Positions 1 to 11,521 are shown, counted from the first letter of the stretch. The stretch: 64,000 nt of DNA from Bacilli bacterium (GCA_034185265.1 JAXFZD010000018.1:13388-77387), one strand, 5' to 3'. Notes: generated by a model not told the origin, from the sequence alone. Translations and numbers: made by a program.

Positions 1-215
1 TCTTTACGTCTTTTGAAATCGATTATACGATAACGGTTTTTATTTCCTCCACCGATATGACGGCAGGTGATTACTCCTTGGTTGTTACGACCGCCTGTTT
101 TCTTTTTAGGGGCGAGAAGGGACTTTTCAGGAGTAGATTTTGTGATTTCCTCATACGCTGAGCTCACCATTTGACGGCGAGAAGGAGTATAAGGACGGTA
201 TGTTTTAATAGCCAT
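1..215 (-). CDS. rplB: 50S ribosomal protein L2 (5' part; runs off the window)
   Basis: Manual translation [16 protein letters not shown]...[32 protein letters not shown]; follows rplW in S10 operon order. Confidence 0.97.
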   Translation of the reverse strand, partial: MAIKTYRPYTPSRRQMVSSAYEEITKSTPEKSLLAPKKKTGGRNNQGVITCRHIGGGNKNRYRIIDFKRRK

Positions 216-277
216 TTTCTTTTATCTCCTATATTGGATGCTTTATCTATATCTTATATATATAGAAGGGTGATTCC

Positions 278-685
278 TTACTCTGCAAATAAGTCAAGTG
301 CGGTACCTTCTTCAAGAGTAACGATTGCTTTCTTGAATCCAGGGATTGTTCCTTGGTAACGTCCGCCTCTAGTAGTTAGCTTAGCTCTTTTGTGAACGAC
401 TTTGACGTCGACTACTTTGACTTGGAAGATGCGCTCGAAGGCATCTTTGATTTCAATTTTGTTGGCTTTGTCAGCAACTTTGATTGTTACTTTGTTTGCA
501 TTTTGCATTAAAGCCATAGTTTTTTCAGTGATCAATGGTTCGCGAATAACTTCGAAATCATGAGCAACTGGAGCAGCGAAGGCTTTCTTAACTTCTTCGA
601 CTACTTCTTTTTTAGCCTTTTTAGGAGCTCTAGTTTTCTTTGGAGCTTCTTCAACTGGGGCTACAACTTCTTTTTCGTCAGCCAT
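278..685 (-). CDS. rplW: 50S ribosomal protein L23 with ~40-aa N-terminal low-complexity extension
   Basis: PLITEK...ANKIEIKDAFERIFQVKV...KKAIVTL motifs; operon position. Confidence 0.95.
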   Translation of the reverse strand: MADEKEVVAPVEEAPKKTRAPKKAKKEVVEEVKKAFAAPVAHDFEVIREPLITEKTMALMQNANKVTIKVADKANKIEIKDAFERIFQVKVVDVKVVHKRAKLTTRGGRYQGTIPGFKKAIVTLEEGTALDLFAE

Positions 686-686
686 A

Positions 687-1325
687 TTACTTTAAAGCCT
701 CCTCTACTTTCTTAATGGATTCTTTGCTGATGAGGATGAATTCATATTTGAGAACATCGTAGACAGCAATGTTGTTTTCTTCTACTAAAGCAAGTTCTGG
801 AACATTTCTTGCAGAGAGGATTAAGTTTTCGTTTTCTTCGTCAGTGACTAAGAGAACTTTCTTATCCTTTAATCCTAATTTGTCGAGTTTAGCGACGAAT
901 TCTTTAGTAGAAATCTTATCTAATTTAAGGGAATCAACGACGACGATTCCTTTTTTAGCTTTTTCAGAGAGAACTCCTTTTAATGCAAGGGCGTGTTCTT
1001 TCTTGTTTTGGGATAATTTGTGGTTTTGTCTTCCATCTGGTCCCCAGACGATTCCACCACCGACCCAAACTGGAGATTTGCAATCACCGGATCTTGCTCT
1101 ACCGGTTCCTTTTTGTCTCCATGGTTTCTTATTAGTTCCATGAACTTCGTGTCTCTTTTTGGCTTTTGCTGTATCTTGACGGCAATTTGCTAAGTAGACA
1201 GTAACAGCATCATGGATAACTTGATCATTTGCTTTAACTCCGAATACTGCAGCAGAGACATCAACTGTTCCGGCTTCAGCACCTTCGAGAGTGAGAACTT
1301 TTAAGCTAATTTTCTTTTCAGCCAT
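687..1325 (-). CDS. rplD: 50S ribosomal protein L4
   Basis: KKPWRQKGTGRARSG...SPVWVGGG motif. Confidence 0.98.
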   Translation of the reverse strand: MAEKKISLKVLTLEGAEAGTVDVSAAVFGVKANDQVIHDAVTVYLANCRQDTAKAKKRHEVHGTNKKPWRQKGTGRARSGDCKSPVWVGGGIVWGPDGRQNHKLSQNKKEHALALKGVLSEKAKKGIVVVDSLKLDKISTKEFVAKLDKLGLKDKKVLLVTDEENENLILSARNVPELALVEENNIAVYDVLKYEFILISKESIKKVEEALK

Positions 1326-1327
1326 GA

Positions 1328-2023
1328 TTATTCTCCTTTCTTTTCTTCTTCTTTCCTATAGGAGACTAATTCTTTAACTTCTGGTTTTTTGAATTGAGTC
1401 TTCTTTGGAGAGCGAAGAACAACAAGTGATTTCTTTGGTCCTGGGACACCACCCTTAACAAGGATGTATCCTTCGGCTGGGTTAGATTCAACAATTGTGA
1501 CGTTCATAACTGTTGCTTGAGCTGGACCCCAGTGTCCGCCCATCTTCTTTCCTGGGATAACACGGTTGTTATCTCTACCGTTGTTGGCTAAGGAACCGAT
1601 TCCTCTATGATATCCACTACCATGACCTTTTGGACCAATGTGGTAATGATATCTCTTGATGACACCAGTATATCCGTGACCTTTGTGAGTTCCGACTAAG
1701 TCGATGACTTCACCGGTTTGGAATAATGAGGCGTCAAGGGTTTCACCAACGTTCTTGGAATAGATTTCATCACCTTTTAATTCACAGATGTGAGCTTTTG
1801 GTGAAACGTTAGCTTTCTTGAATGCGCCAAGTTCGGCTTTGTTTGCTCTAGATTCTTTCTTATCTTCGTAACCGATGACTAGAGCTTCATAACCATTCTT
1901 TTCGATTGTTCTTTTATCAAGGACAACGTTTGGTAAGACTTCGATTACTGTGACTGGATACATTGTTCCGTCTGGTGCAAAGACCTCAGTCATTCCTACT
2001 TTTCTTCCTAATAAAGATTTCAT
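1328..2023 (-). CDS. rplC: 50S ribosomal protein L3
   Basis: LLGRKVGMT...PVTVIE...HGSGYHRGIGS...PGKKMGGH...VKGGVPG. Confidence 0.98.
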   Translation of the reverse strand: MKSLLGRKVGMTEVFAPDGTMYPVTVIEVLPNVVLDKRTIEKNGYEALVIGYEDKKESRANKAELGAFKKANVSPKAHICELKGDEIYSKNVGETLDASLFQTGEVIDLVGTHKGHGYTGVIKRYHYHIGPKGHGSGYHRGIGSLANNGRDNNRVIPGKKMGGHWGPAQATVMNVTIVESNPAEGYILVKGGVPGPKKSLVVLRSPKKTQFKKPEVKELVSYRKEEEKKGE

Positions 2024-2037
2024 AATTCGAGGCCTCC

Positions 2038-2349
2038 TTATAACTTAATATCGATTTCGACACCATTTGGAAGATTTAATCTTCTTAATTGATCGAATGT
2101 TTCCTTTCCTGCTCCCTCAAGATAGACAAGTCTCTTGTGGGTACGGATTTCGAATTGTTCACGGGCATCCTTATATTTGAAGGTTGCACGGAGAATTGTA
2201 TATACCTGTTTCTCAGTAGGTAGTGGGATTGGACCCTTAACTTTAGCGCCGGTTTTTTTTGCTACTTCAACAATTTTCTCTACTGCAACTTCAAGAATCT
2301 TGTGATCGTAAGCCATCAAACGAACACGGATCGCTTTTTCTTTTGCCAT
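2038..2349 (-). CDS. rpsJ: 30S ribosomal protein S10
   Basis: [10 protein letters not shown]...GPIPLPT...[12 protein letters not shown]. Confidence 0.98.
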   Translation of the reverse strand: MAKEKAIRVRLMAYDHKILEVAVEKIVEVAKKTGAKVKGPIPLPTEKQVYTILRATFKYKDAREQFEIRTHKRLVYLEGAGKETFDQLRRLNLPNGVEIDIKL

Positions 2350-2476
2350 GAATTTTCCTCCTTTGTAATACTTTCAGGCTTCTGGAGTCTACTCTGCGCG
2401 AATTCCCCGAACACCTTTTCATGACAACGCCTGTTGGTGTATCGGCAACCTCTCGCTTCCTCGTAAGCGCCAGCGA
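2350..2476 (-). promoter_or_regulatory. rpsJ (S10 operon) 5' leader, probable cis-regulatory RNA
   Basis: GC-richer leader GAAGCGAGAGGTTGCCGATACACC...GGTGTTCGGGGAATT, resembling the conserved Bacillota rpsJ leader (recalled, not aligned); ends in AAGGAGG RBS. Confidence 0.65.
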
Positions 2477-2481
2477 AATAA

Positions 2482-2510
2482 AATATACGCATATACGTGC
2501 GAGGTGTCAA
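2482..2510 (-). promoter_or_regulatory. SigA promoter of the S10 operon
   Basis: TTGACA (2510-2505), 17-bp spacer, TATATT (2487-2482). Confidence 0.85.
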
Positions 2511-2642
2511 GAAAAAATTTACAAAAATTTATTCGATAAAATCTATATTTTTGCAATTTCTTTAAACTTTAAATAAAAATAATGGCGAATTTGCCACTAT
2601 TTATTGAATTTTTATGCTTCATGCACAAAAATGAGTTATTTT

Positions 2643-3299
2643 TTACCTTCTAAAGCTTTTTTTTCTATCGTATTCTAAACGTGAGTTATATGAATAGATA
2701 CAGCCGCAATATGTCTGTGAATATAAACCATAATGGTTTTTCATCTCTCTTCCTTCATCTATTCCCTTATTCTTTTTAAAATCGCTATAGAAATATTTTG
2801 TATGACTATGGTTAGCTTCAAGTTTCGCTCCGATCTCGTTCATTTTTTGAGAAGATTTCTGTCTAGAGATGGACATAACCGTAGTGAAATAATCAAAGTT
2901 ATGTTGTTCTGCGTAATCGTAAGCATTACTCATTCTTTCTTCATAGCAAGCAAAACATCTTAAACTTCCTTCCGGATACTCTTTTAAAGGTTCTAAAACT
3001 CTTTTTGTGTATTCTTCGTTGTCGTAACTAGGAACGATTAAATTGACAAAATATCCATAGTCTTTTTGGATGTAAGTTAAAAGCTTTTTAAGCTCTTCTA
3101 ATCTACGTTGATATTCCTCGCTAGGATAGATATTTGAGTTGTTATAATAAATAGTTACATCAAAATGTGGACAAAGAAAAACTATAGGAAAACAAGAGCA
3201 AGGCCCACAGCAAGCATGAAGAAGTAAAGTTGGCTTTTTATCGGAAGAAATCTTCTTTATTTCTTCTAAAGATTTTAAATAATAATTGACCTTTTCCAT
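2643..3299 (-). CDS. queH: Epoxyqueuosine reductase QueH (DUF208)
   Basis: LLLHACCGPC, CFACY and YCGCIYS Cys motifs; operonic with queA and tgt. Confidence 0.92.
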   Translation of the reverse strand: MEKVNYYLKSLEEIKKISSDKKPTLLLHACCGPCSCFPIVFLCPHFDVTIYYNNSNIYPSEEYQRRLEELKKLLTYIQKDYGYFVNLIVPSYDNEEYTKRVLEPLKEYPEGSLRCFACYEERMSNAYDYAEQHNFDYFTTVMSISRQKSSQKMNEIGAKLEANHSHTKYFYSDFKKNKGIDEGREMKNHYGLYSQTYCGCIYSYNSRLEYDRKKSFRR

Positions 3300-3310
3300 T
3301 TAAAATTTTC

Positions 3311-4369
3311 TTAATTTATACTTGTTTTAGGATCACACTTTCCTTCTATAAACATTGCGTCTCCAAAGGAGAAAAATCTATATTTTTCTTTAACTGCGTG
3401 CTCATATAATTCTAGAGTAAATTGACGTCCAACCATAGCAGAAATTAACATGATTAAAGTCGACTTTGGAAGGTGGAAATTTGTGACTAAAGCATCGATG
3501 GCTTTAAATTCATATCCAGGACTAATAAAGATTGAAGTTGAGGATTTTTCTTCCTTAAAAACTCCAAATTTTGAAATATTAGATTCTAAAGTTCTGACTG
3601 AAGTTGTTCCAATAGCAATAATTCTTCTGCCTTCTGCTTTAGCTTTATTAAGTTGTTCTGCAGCTTCCTTACTTATTTCATATTCTTCGCTATGCATTAC
3701 GTGATCTTTAGTATCGGTAACTTTTACAGGTCTAAATGTCCCTAAGCCGATATTTAAAGTAACATCAACTACTTCTGCACCTTTTTCTATAATCTTATTA
3801 AATAGGTCTTCCGTAAAATGAAAACCTGCTGTTGGCGCCGCTGCAGAGCCAGGAACTTTTGCATAAACAGTTTGATAGTCATTATTGTCTTCACACTTCT
3901 TTTTTATATAAGGAGGTAAAGGCATGCTTCCCAGTTCTTCAAGAACTTCTAAAAAGATTCCGTTGCAAGAAAAATGAAAATGTCTAATTCCTTCTGGAAA
4001 TACTTTAGTGCATGTTGCGATTAGCTTTCCTTCTCCAAAAGAGCATTCACTGCCTTCTTTAACAGCTTTTGCTCCTCCAACTAAACATTCCCAGTTATTA
4101 TCTCCTTTAAGTTGTTTAAGAAGAATAAGTTCAACTCTTCCTTTAGTTGCTGTTTTTATTCCTATAAGTCTAGCCGGAATGACTTTTGTGTTATTTCTAA
4201 CTAAAACATCTCCTGGTTTTATGAATTCTAAAATATCAAAAAAGTGTAAATCTCTGTAAGAATGTGCAGAAACGTCAACTTTTAATAGTTTACATTGATC
4301 TCTTTTTTTAAGAGGAAATTGAGCGATTAGCTCTTCTGGAAGATAATAATCAAACAAATTTATATCCAT
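3311..4369 (-). CDS. queA: S-adenosylmethionine:tRNA ribosyltransferase-isomerase
   Basis: FDYYLPEELIAQFP, PLPPYI, YQTVYA...AAPTAG, TNFHLPKST, YRFFSFGDAM; start moved to ATG at 4369 (MDINLFDY), 1 nt after the tgt stop. Confidence 0.97.
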   Translation of the reverse strand: MDINLFDYYLPEELIAQFPLKKRDQCKLLKVDVSAHSYRDLHFFDILEFIKPGDVLVRNNTKVIPARLIGIKTATKGRVELILLKQLKGDNNWECLVGGAKAVKEGSECSFGEGKLIATCTKVFPEGIRHFHFSCNGIFLEVLEELGSMPLPPYIKKKCEDNNDYQTVYAKVPGSAAAPTAGFHFTEDLFNKIIEKGAEVVDVTLNIGLGTFRPVKVTDTKDHVMHSEEYEISKEAAEQLNKAKAEGRRIIAIGTTSVRTLESNISKFGVFKEEKSSTSIFISPGYEFKAIDALVTNFHLPKSTLIMLISAMVGRQFTLELYEHAVKEKYRFFSFGDAMFIEGKCDPKTSIN

Positions 4370-4370
4370 A

Positions 4371-5501
<1,131 letters not shown>

Positions 5502-5625
5502 TTAGTGGAAAGTGATACTAAACGCACCTAAAAATGAACTTAGTAAATTAAAAAATGGTTTAGAACAACCACTTTTTTAGATAAGAAATATATCAATTTC
5601 TCAAAAAATAACGGGGATTTGCGGG

Positions 5626-6216
5626 CTAATACATAAATTTAAGGACTTTTAGAACCATGTCCTTATTAACAACATTATCTGGAAGAGGAGTAATTCCTTT
5701 TACGTCAAAATTCTTTTTCTTAAGTATCGCCAAACCTTCTTTTCCTCTATACCAATAACGCAATCCAGTTGTTTCAAGCTTGTTTGCGTCAGTTAAAGGA
5801 GCCCACTTAGTTGGTAAGTAGAACATTTGATTTCCTCTTAACATAAAGTTTTGAGGTTCCCAATCAAGAGCAACTTTAGAGAATCTAGCAAATCTATATA
5901 AAGCGAATAGACTTTCAAAATAGATGTCGTCTAAAGGTCCTCTAGAAAGAACAGTTAGAACATCATCTTCTGGGAAATAATCGAAAACAATAATCTTTGC
6001 TTCATCATCGTGAAAACAAATCTTAGCCATGTTAATTCCAGCATGTTTCAACACCTTATAATTGTTCATAGCTTCCTTAAAGCCTTCGTTATAAACACGA
6101 ATTAAATAAACTCGTTCAGACCAAGTTGCGATATAAGTGACATGATCTTCGTGTACAGCTTTTGTCTCTGTAATAACGAATTTTTTGTTTTTTATTATTA
6201 GTGATTCCCCTACCAT
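5626..6216 (-). CDS. Hypothetical protein, weak protein-kinase-like fold resemblance
   Basis: 196-aa ORF; LDWEPQNF segment resembles a degenerate catalytic loop. Confidence 0.5.
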   Translation of the reverse strand: MVGESLIIKNKKFVITETKAVHEDHVTYIATWSERVYLIRVYNEGFKEAMNNYKVLKHAGINMAKICFHDDEAKIIVFDYFPEDDVLTVLSRGPLDDIYFESLFALYRFARFSKVALDWEPQNFMLRGNQMFYLPTKWAPLTDANKLETTGLRYWYRGKEGLAILKKKNFDVKGITPLPDNVVNKDMVLKVLKFMY

Positions 6217-6352
6217 ACTTAAATATTATCAAAAAATAGAGGCTTAGTAAATCATACAAAATCATATATTTTAATCATATTTTAATAAAAAAGAGATATT
6301 TTTTTATTTTTTTATATAGAAATGAGACAGTCTAATAAGTAAACTAAAGCAT

Positions 6353-6847
6353 ATGAAAACATTGATTCTTCTTTCAGCAGTACCTGGATCAGGAAAATCT
6401 ACCTGGGCTAAGCAATATCAAAACGAGCACCAGAATGTTTTTATCGTTTCTTCTGATGAGATACGTTTAGAACTCACAGGAAAAGCTCAATCCTTTTCAA
6501 AAGAAGATATGGTCTGGAAACTTTATCTTCAAAGAATTAATGAATATGCGGAAAAATACGATGATGTGACGGTTATCGCGGATTCAACCAATTTACAAAA
6601 TCAATATAGAAAATTCTATCACGATAACACACCACTATTTGATAAGCACATCCTTGTATTATTTAATATACCTTACGATATTTGTTTACTTCAAAATAAC
6701 CTTAGGCCTGAGGGAAAAATCGTTCCTCTCTATGCAATGGAAATGCTTCACAAAGAATTTGAAGAGCCTACTAAGGAAATCATAGATTTATATGATGAAT
6801 ATCGAGTAATCGGACAATCGTTTATTTCAGAAAGTTTAAAAAAATAA
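6353..6847 (+). CDS. P-loop kinase (AAA_33 / polynucleotide-kinase-like)
   Basis: N-terminal PGSGKSTW Walker A, SSDEIR, IADSTNL motifs. Confidence 0.8.
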   Translation: MKTLILLSAVPGSGKSTWAKQYQNEHQNVFIVSSDEIRLELTGKAQSFSKEDMVWKLYLQRINEYAEKYDDVTVIADSTNLQNQYRKFYHDNTPLFDKHILVLFNIPYDICLLQNNLRPEGKIVPLYAMEMLHKEFEEPTKEIIDLYDEYRVIGQSFISESLKK

Positions 6848-6875
6848 TCGGCAAATCGCCGATTAATTTTTTTAT
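6845..6875. terminator. Bidirectional intrinsic terminator
   Basis: TAATCGGC-aaatc-GCCGATTA hairpin between convergent genes, T-tract downstream. Confidence 0.75.
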
Positions 6876-6889
6876 TTTGCAAATATTAA

Positions 6890-7879
6890 TTATCTTTCTT
6901 CAGATACTTTCTTAACTCTGCTTGGGAATAATGTGTAGTATAAGAAGATGCAAGCAACTAAGAGAACAATTCCACCTAAGACATAACCAGTGATAGCGAA
7001 TTCTCTCCAGTCAGCATAGTTAACACTAAGAGTTGTAGTAATCTTTTGTCCTAATAAAGAATTGGTTGGTCCTTTAAGAGCACTTGATCCGTTGTACCAG
7101 TAGATTCCGAGTAATCCAGCAAATACAATTGCTAATCCGTTAAGACCTAAAGCAGCAATATATCCAAATGAAGCTGGTCTATCAGAAGAAGCTTTCTTAT
7201 CAGCTCTGTTTGCTAATAAGTAAGCAAGACAGGAAACAACTGTACAAATAATAGCGATTAAAGATAAGTAAGCAAGTTTGCTAACATAGATATTCTTTGC
7301 TTCGGCATTGAAGTTAGCTTGTCCTTTTGTGACTAAATATCCAAGTCCTTGAACTAATAATAAAGAAAGGTCAACAGCAAGTAAAACACCAGAAAGAATC
7401 TTTAAAGACTTTGCTTGAGTTCTTTCTTCTTGGAAAAGACGAACAAACGGAATACAGGTAGCAATTGTGATGACAACACCAACAATAGCAAATACTGTAA
7501 TAACAAAACCTGTGTTAACAGAAGGAGAGAAATTAGATGAAGTTAAACGATATAACCAAATTGCATTTAAGAAAGCAAAGATTGCTAATACAAATCCTAA
7601 AGCAACGTAGCAAGAGAAACTTCTGACTACTAATCTATCATCAGACTTAAAGTTTGAAAGGATTGAGAAAAGTAATCCAACTAATGAAACTAAGCCAGCA
7701 GCTAAGCCGAGAACACCTAATTCCATAAATAATGCATAGGAAACTCCCATTCCACCTTCTTGGGCAATCATGGATGGAGAAACAACTAATCCGGCCCAAA
7801 CGCCTAAGAAAATAAATCCAGCACTTAGCATTAAAAATAAGACAACATTAATTAATCTAACAGTCGATGAATACTTCAT
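6890..7879 (-). CDS. Multi-pass membrane protein, unknown function
   Basis: 329 aa with about 8 hydrophobic segments. Confidence 0.75.
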   Translation of the reverse strand: MKYSSTVRLINVVLFLMLSAGFIFLGVWAGLVVSPSMIAQEGGMGVSYALFMELGVLGLAAGLVSLVGLLFSILSNFKSDDRLVVRSFSCYVALGFVLAIFAFLNAIWLYRLTSSNFSPSVNTGFVITVFAIVGVVITIATCIPFVRLFQEERTQAKSLKILSGVLLAVDLSLLLVQGLGYLVTKGQANFNAEAKNIYVSKLAYLSLIAIICTVVSCLAYLLANRADKKASSDRPASFGYIAALGLNGLAIVFAGLLGIYWYNGSSALKGPTNSLLGQKITTTLSVNYADWREFAITGYVLGGIVLLVACIFLYYTLFPSRVKKVSEER

Positions 7880-7979
7880 TTGTTCTACCTCTTTTCTTTT
7901 AATAGAAAAACCGCCTAAAATTTAGCGCTCAAATATTTAAAACTATCTTTAAAAGATAGTCAACTTTCTTTTTATTTTT

Positions 7980-9140
7980 TTAAAGATTTTCTACAGCCGC
8001 CATTGCGGAAATAAGTGTCCAAGAAAGATTGTAACCACCGCACTTACCATCTATATCAATGATTTCTCCTAAAAGTATAACGGAGTGGTCTTTTTTAAGC
8101 TTAAGATCGTCTTCCATTTCAGAAATTTCCACACCACCCGAGGAGACATGGCTATCGATAAAATCATAATTAGATTTATAAGTAAATTTGAAAGAACAAT
8201 TATGGCTATTAAATAGTGATTTTTCGTGTAAATAAGTGGGTTTTGCAGTGATTTTGCTTAAAAATCCAGCAATTTTAGGCTCAAATAACGATTCATAATT
8301 TGTAACTTTATCTATAGATGATGTTCCACTAAAACCATCAATTTTTTCTTCTAAAAACTTAGGATAAATAAATATTTCAGCTCTCTTATTTTCTCTAACT
8401 AAAATCCTAGAAAGATTAAAAATAACCATTCCGCTTAGCCCGTCTTTCTTGAACAAAACCTCTCCATCTTCACAAAAGACAGGTTTATTATCAACAAATG
8501 CTCTAACATTAGCTTTTAGTCGGCATCCATCAAGCTCTGGAGCTTGCTCAAATGTCTTTATAGGACACAAAACAGGTAAAAGAGGTTTTACATCAATGCC
8601 TTTTCTTTTAACCAAGTCTAAACAATATCCATCACTGCCAAGATTCTTTCCGGATTTTCCTCCAGCAGCAAAGACTAAATAATCATATGACGTTTTTATT
8701 GTTTTTCCTTCATGTTCATAGATAATTTCATCTTTATTATAGTCAAGAAATTTAGCGTTTATTAATACACGTATCCCCTCTTTTTTCAAATTTGAGCATA
8801 AAATATTAACAAATGATGCAGCTGAATTTGATACCGGGTATCCTAATCCTTCCTCATTAAAATGGACTAAAATTCCAAGAGAAGTTAGGAATTCATTTAA
8901 TTTAGAAACAGGATATTTTTTAATATATTTTTCTATCCAAGAAGAATTATTAAAACACTCTTTATCTAGATTGGCATTCAAACAATTGCAATGTCCATTA
9001 CCTGTTGCGAGAAGCTTTTTTCCAACCTTTGCTTCTTTTTCTAAAAGAAGAATATCGTATTCAGGATGTTTTCTTTTTAACAATAAAGAAAAATATATCC
9101 CTGATGCTGAACCGCCAATAACAACAATTCTTTTACACAT
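7980..9140 (-). CDS. HI0933/YhiN/BaiN-family flavoprotein
   Basis: IGGSASG FAD motif, GKKLLATGNGHCN, GEIIDIDGKCGGYNL. Confidence 0.9.
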   Translation of the reverse strand: MCKRIVVIGGSASGIYFSLLLKRKHPEYDILLLEKEAKVGKKLLATGNGHCNCLNANLDKECFNNSSWIEKYIKKYPVSKLNEFLTSLGILVHFNEEGLGYPVSNSAASFVNILCSNLKKEGIRVLINAKFLDYNKDEIIYEHEGKTIKTSYDYLVFAAGGKSGKNLGSDGYCLDLVKRKGIDVKPLLPVLCPIKTFEQAPELDGCRLKANVRAFVDNKPVFCEDGEVLFKKDGLSGMVIFNLSRILVRENKRAEIFIYPKFLEEKIDGFSGTSSIDKVTNYESLFEPKIAGFLSKITAKPTYLHEKSLFNSHNCSFKFTYKSNYDFIDSHVSSGGVEISEMEDDLKLKKDHSVILLGEIIDIDGKCGGYNLSWTLISAMAAVENL

Positions 9141-9162
9141 GAATATATTTTACTTTTAATTA

Positions 9163-10506
9163 TTACTTTGATAAATAGGTATCTAACTCCCAAGGAGTAA
9201 TTAGCATACGATACTTTTCCCATTCAATATCTTTGGCTGTAACATACTTAGTGAATGTATGTTCTCCTAAGACATCAAATATCAATGGATCTGCTCTCAT
9301 TTCCTTTAGGGCGTCTTTAAGATTTTCTGGTAAATTCATGATACCCATTGCTTCTCTTTGCTCTCTAGTTAAAGCGAAAATGTTGTCATATACTGGAGGA
9401 ATGCAGGTTTTTTCAGTATTTTTCTTAATTCCCTCAAGTCCTGCACCAAGAATAACCGCAAGAGCTAAATATGGGTTTGCTGTTCCATCAACTTGTCTTA
9501 ATTCTGTACGAGTTGCGTTTCCTCTAGCGGCTGGAATTCTAATCATTGAAGATCTATTTGAATCAGACCAGCAAATATAACAAGGGGCTTCATAACCAGG
9601 AATAATTCTCTTATAGGAGTTAACAGAAGGATTGGTAATGGCTGCCATGCTTCTCGAATGTTTAAGAATTCCACTAATCCACTTTCTAGCAGTCAAGGAT
9701 AATTTCATTGGATCTTTTTCATCGTAGAATACATTTCTTCCATCTTTATCACATAAAGAACAGTTTGTATGCATACCTGAACCATTGATTCCAGCGATTG
9801 GCTTTGGCATAAATGTAGCAAAGTAGCCGTGTTTTCTAGCAACAAATTTAACAACTTGTTTAAATGTTTGGACATTATCACAAGCTTCAATTACGCTAGC
9901 AAACCTGAAGTTAATTTCTTCTTGGCCAGGAGAAACTTCATGGTGAGCTGTTTGAATTACAAATCCCAATCTTTCTAATTCTAGAGCAATATCTCTTCTA
10001 ACATATTCAGCACCATCAATTGGACTTAAATCGAAATAAGATCCATTATCTACAGGCTCAACCATTGGTTTTCCATCTTTATCCATCTTAAATAAGAAGA
10101 ATTCAGGTTCAAATCCAACATTTAAAGCTGTAAATCCCATCTTTTGCATTTCTTTTACTTGTTTCTTAAGTATATATCTGGGATCTCCAGCAAATGGTTT
10201 TCCATAACTTGTGTAAACATCGCAAATTAATCTAGCGACTTTTCCATATGTTTGATCTTCGAAATCAAGAATTAACCATGTATCTAAATCTGGTCTTAAG
10301 AACATATCGGCTTCTTTAATTCTCACGAATCCTTCAATTGAAGAACCATCAAACATTATCTTATTGTCTAATGCATCTTCTAATTGACTAACAGAAATTT
10401 CTACGGCTTTGATTGTGCCTAAAATGTCCGTAAATTGTAAACGAATATAGCCAACTTTTTCTTCCTTAGCCATCTTCATTATTTGAAGTTTTGTGTATTT
10501 TGCCAT
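9163..10506 (-). CDS. glnA: Glutamine synthetase type I
   Basis: FDGSSIEGF, HHEVSPGQ.EI, FMPKP..G.NGSGMH, SYKRIIPGYEAP; start at ATG 10506 behind AGGAG. Confidence 0.97.
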   Translation of the reverse strand: MAKYTKLQIMKMAKEEKVGYIRLQFTDILGTIKAVEISVSQLEDALDNKIMFDGSSIEGFVRIKEADMFLRPDLDTWLILDFEDQTYGKVARLICDVYTSYGKPFAGDPRYILKKQVKEMQKMGFTALNVGFEPEFFLFKMDKDGKPMVEPVDNGSYFDLSPIDGAEYVRRDIALELERLGFVIQTAHHEVSPGQEEINFRFASVIEACDNVQTFKQVVKFVARKHGYFATFMPKPIAGINGSGMHTNCSLCDKDGRNVFYDEKDPMKLSLTARKWISGILKHSRSMAAITNPSVNSYKRIIPGYEAPCYICWSDSNRSSMIRIPAARGNATRTELRQVDGTANPYLALAVILGAGLEGIKKNTEKTCIPPVYDNIFALTREQREAMGIMNLPENLKDALKEMRADPLIFDVLGEHTFTKYVTAKDIEWEKYRMLITPWELDTYLSK

Positions 10507-10628
10507 AATTTTGCTCCTACAAAAAGAAAACATCCGTATTTTCCACCGGTAAAGCTATTTTTACAACTGTTTTTTGAAAATATTTTTTAAAGTATCGAAT
10601 TTATCGAAACAATTTTGGGAGTAAAATC

Positions 10629-11284
10629 TTACTCTTTTGTCTTAGGCGCTTTGTAGATAATGAACTTTCTTGTTAAATAGTTGAATGTCATTGTAACAAT
10701 TGTTCTAATACCTAAGATAACAATCCAAGCGATAAATGTCTTGATTTGGCCGTTAGCTCCGAACATTTTTTCGAAGTTAAATCCACCTAAAATATCAATA
10801 TTTAAAGATGTCCATTCAATACAGAACATGTAGCCGATGAACTGTATGACAGCGCCAACTAGTAAACCTAAGAACGCAAAACCAGTAAATATAAGGCTTC
10901 CTTTTAAAGATCTTGCCTTCTTTTCACTCTCTTCTTGGACATTTCTAAAGCCCCAAATTGTAGATAAAGACCATGTGGCTGGGGTAGCTATAATAAAACC
11001 GACAATAGAAATAACAAACATAATCATAAATGCAATGATATGGTTGTTAAACTCTGCCGCTTTATTAGATGCCATTGATGTTAGCCATCCTTCGACAGCT
11101 AAATCAATTATTGTTCCATAGACTCCAATAATAACGAATCTAATAATTTCAGCAAAAAGATTAGAATCTTTGTCCTTAACTTTCTTTACTGGTTCTTTGG
11201 ATTCAGGTTCTTCGATTACTTCTTGCTTTTCTTCAGTTTCAACCGTTGGTTCTTCCTCGACTTCTTCTGAAACTGGGGTTATTT
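10629..11284 (-). CDS. GtrA-family membrane protein with acidic N-terminal linker; no canonical start of its own
   Basis: The frame stays open upstream of the tracked ATG (11075): ITPVSEEVEEEP...NLFAEIIRFVIIGVYGTIIDL, a GtrA-type first helix; C-terminal FNYLTRKFIIY is also GtrA-like. Confidence 0.7.
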
Positions 11285-11521
11285 TTTCGCTACTTTTTTT
11301 TTAGAAGCTGCGGTTGAAGATGCATGGATCTTTCCAGCATTCTTTCCTTTAGAAGCGTGTACTAAAACTGTACCTTCTTGGTTTTCAGAAAGAGTGTTAG
11401 CATATTCCATAGCTTGTTCTTTTGTGTCAAAGAGTTTGATTACTTTGTCACCGCCAGCAAATTTGATTGTCCATTTGCCATCTTTGGCTCTTTTTGAAAC
11501 GTGATAAACTTTTGTTGCCAT
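11279..11521 (-). CDS. DUF2188-like small protein
   Basis: YHV....GKW.IK..G......F.TKEQA...A......G.VLVH...GK pattern; GAGG RBS. Confidence 0.75.
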   Translation of the reverse strand: MATKVYHVSKRAKDGKWTIKFAGGDKVIKLFDTKEQAMEYANTLSENQEGTVLVHASKGKNAGKIHASSTAASKKKVAKK

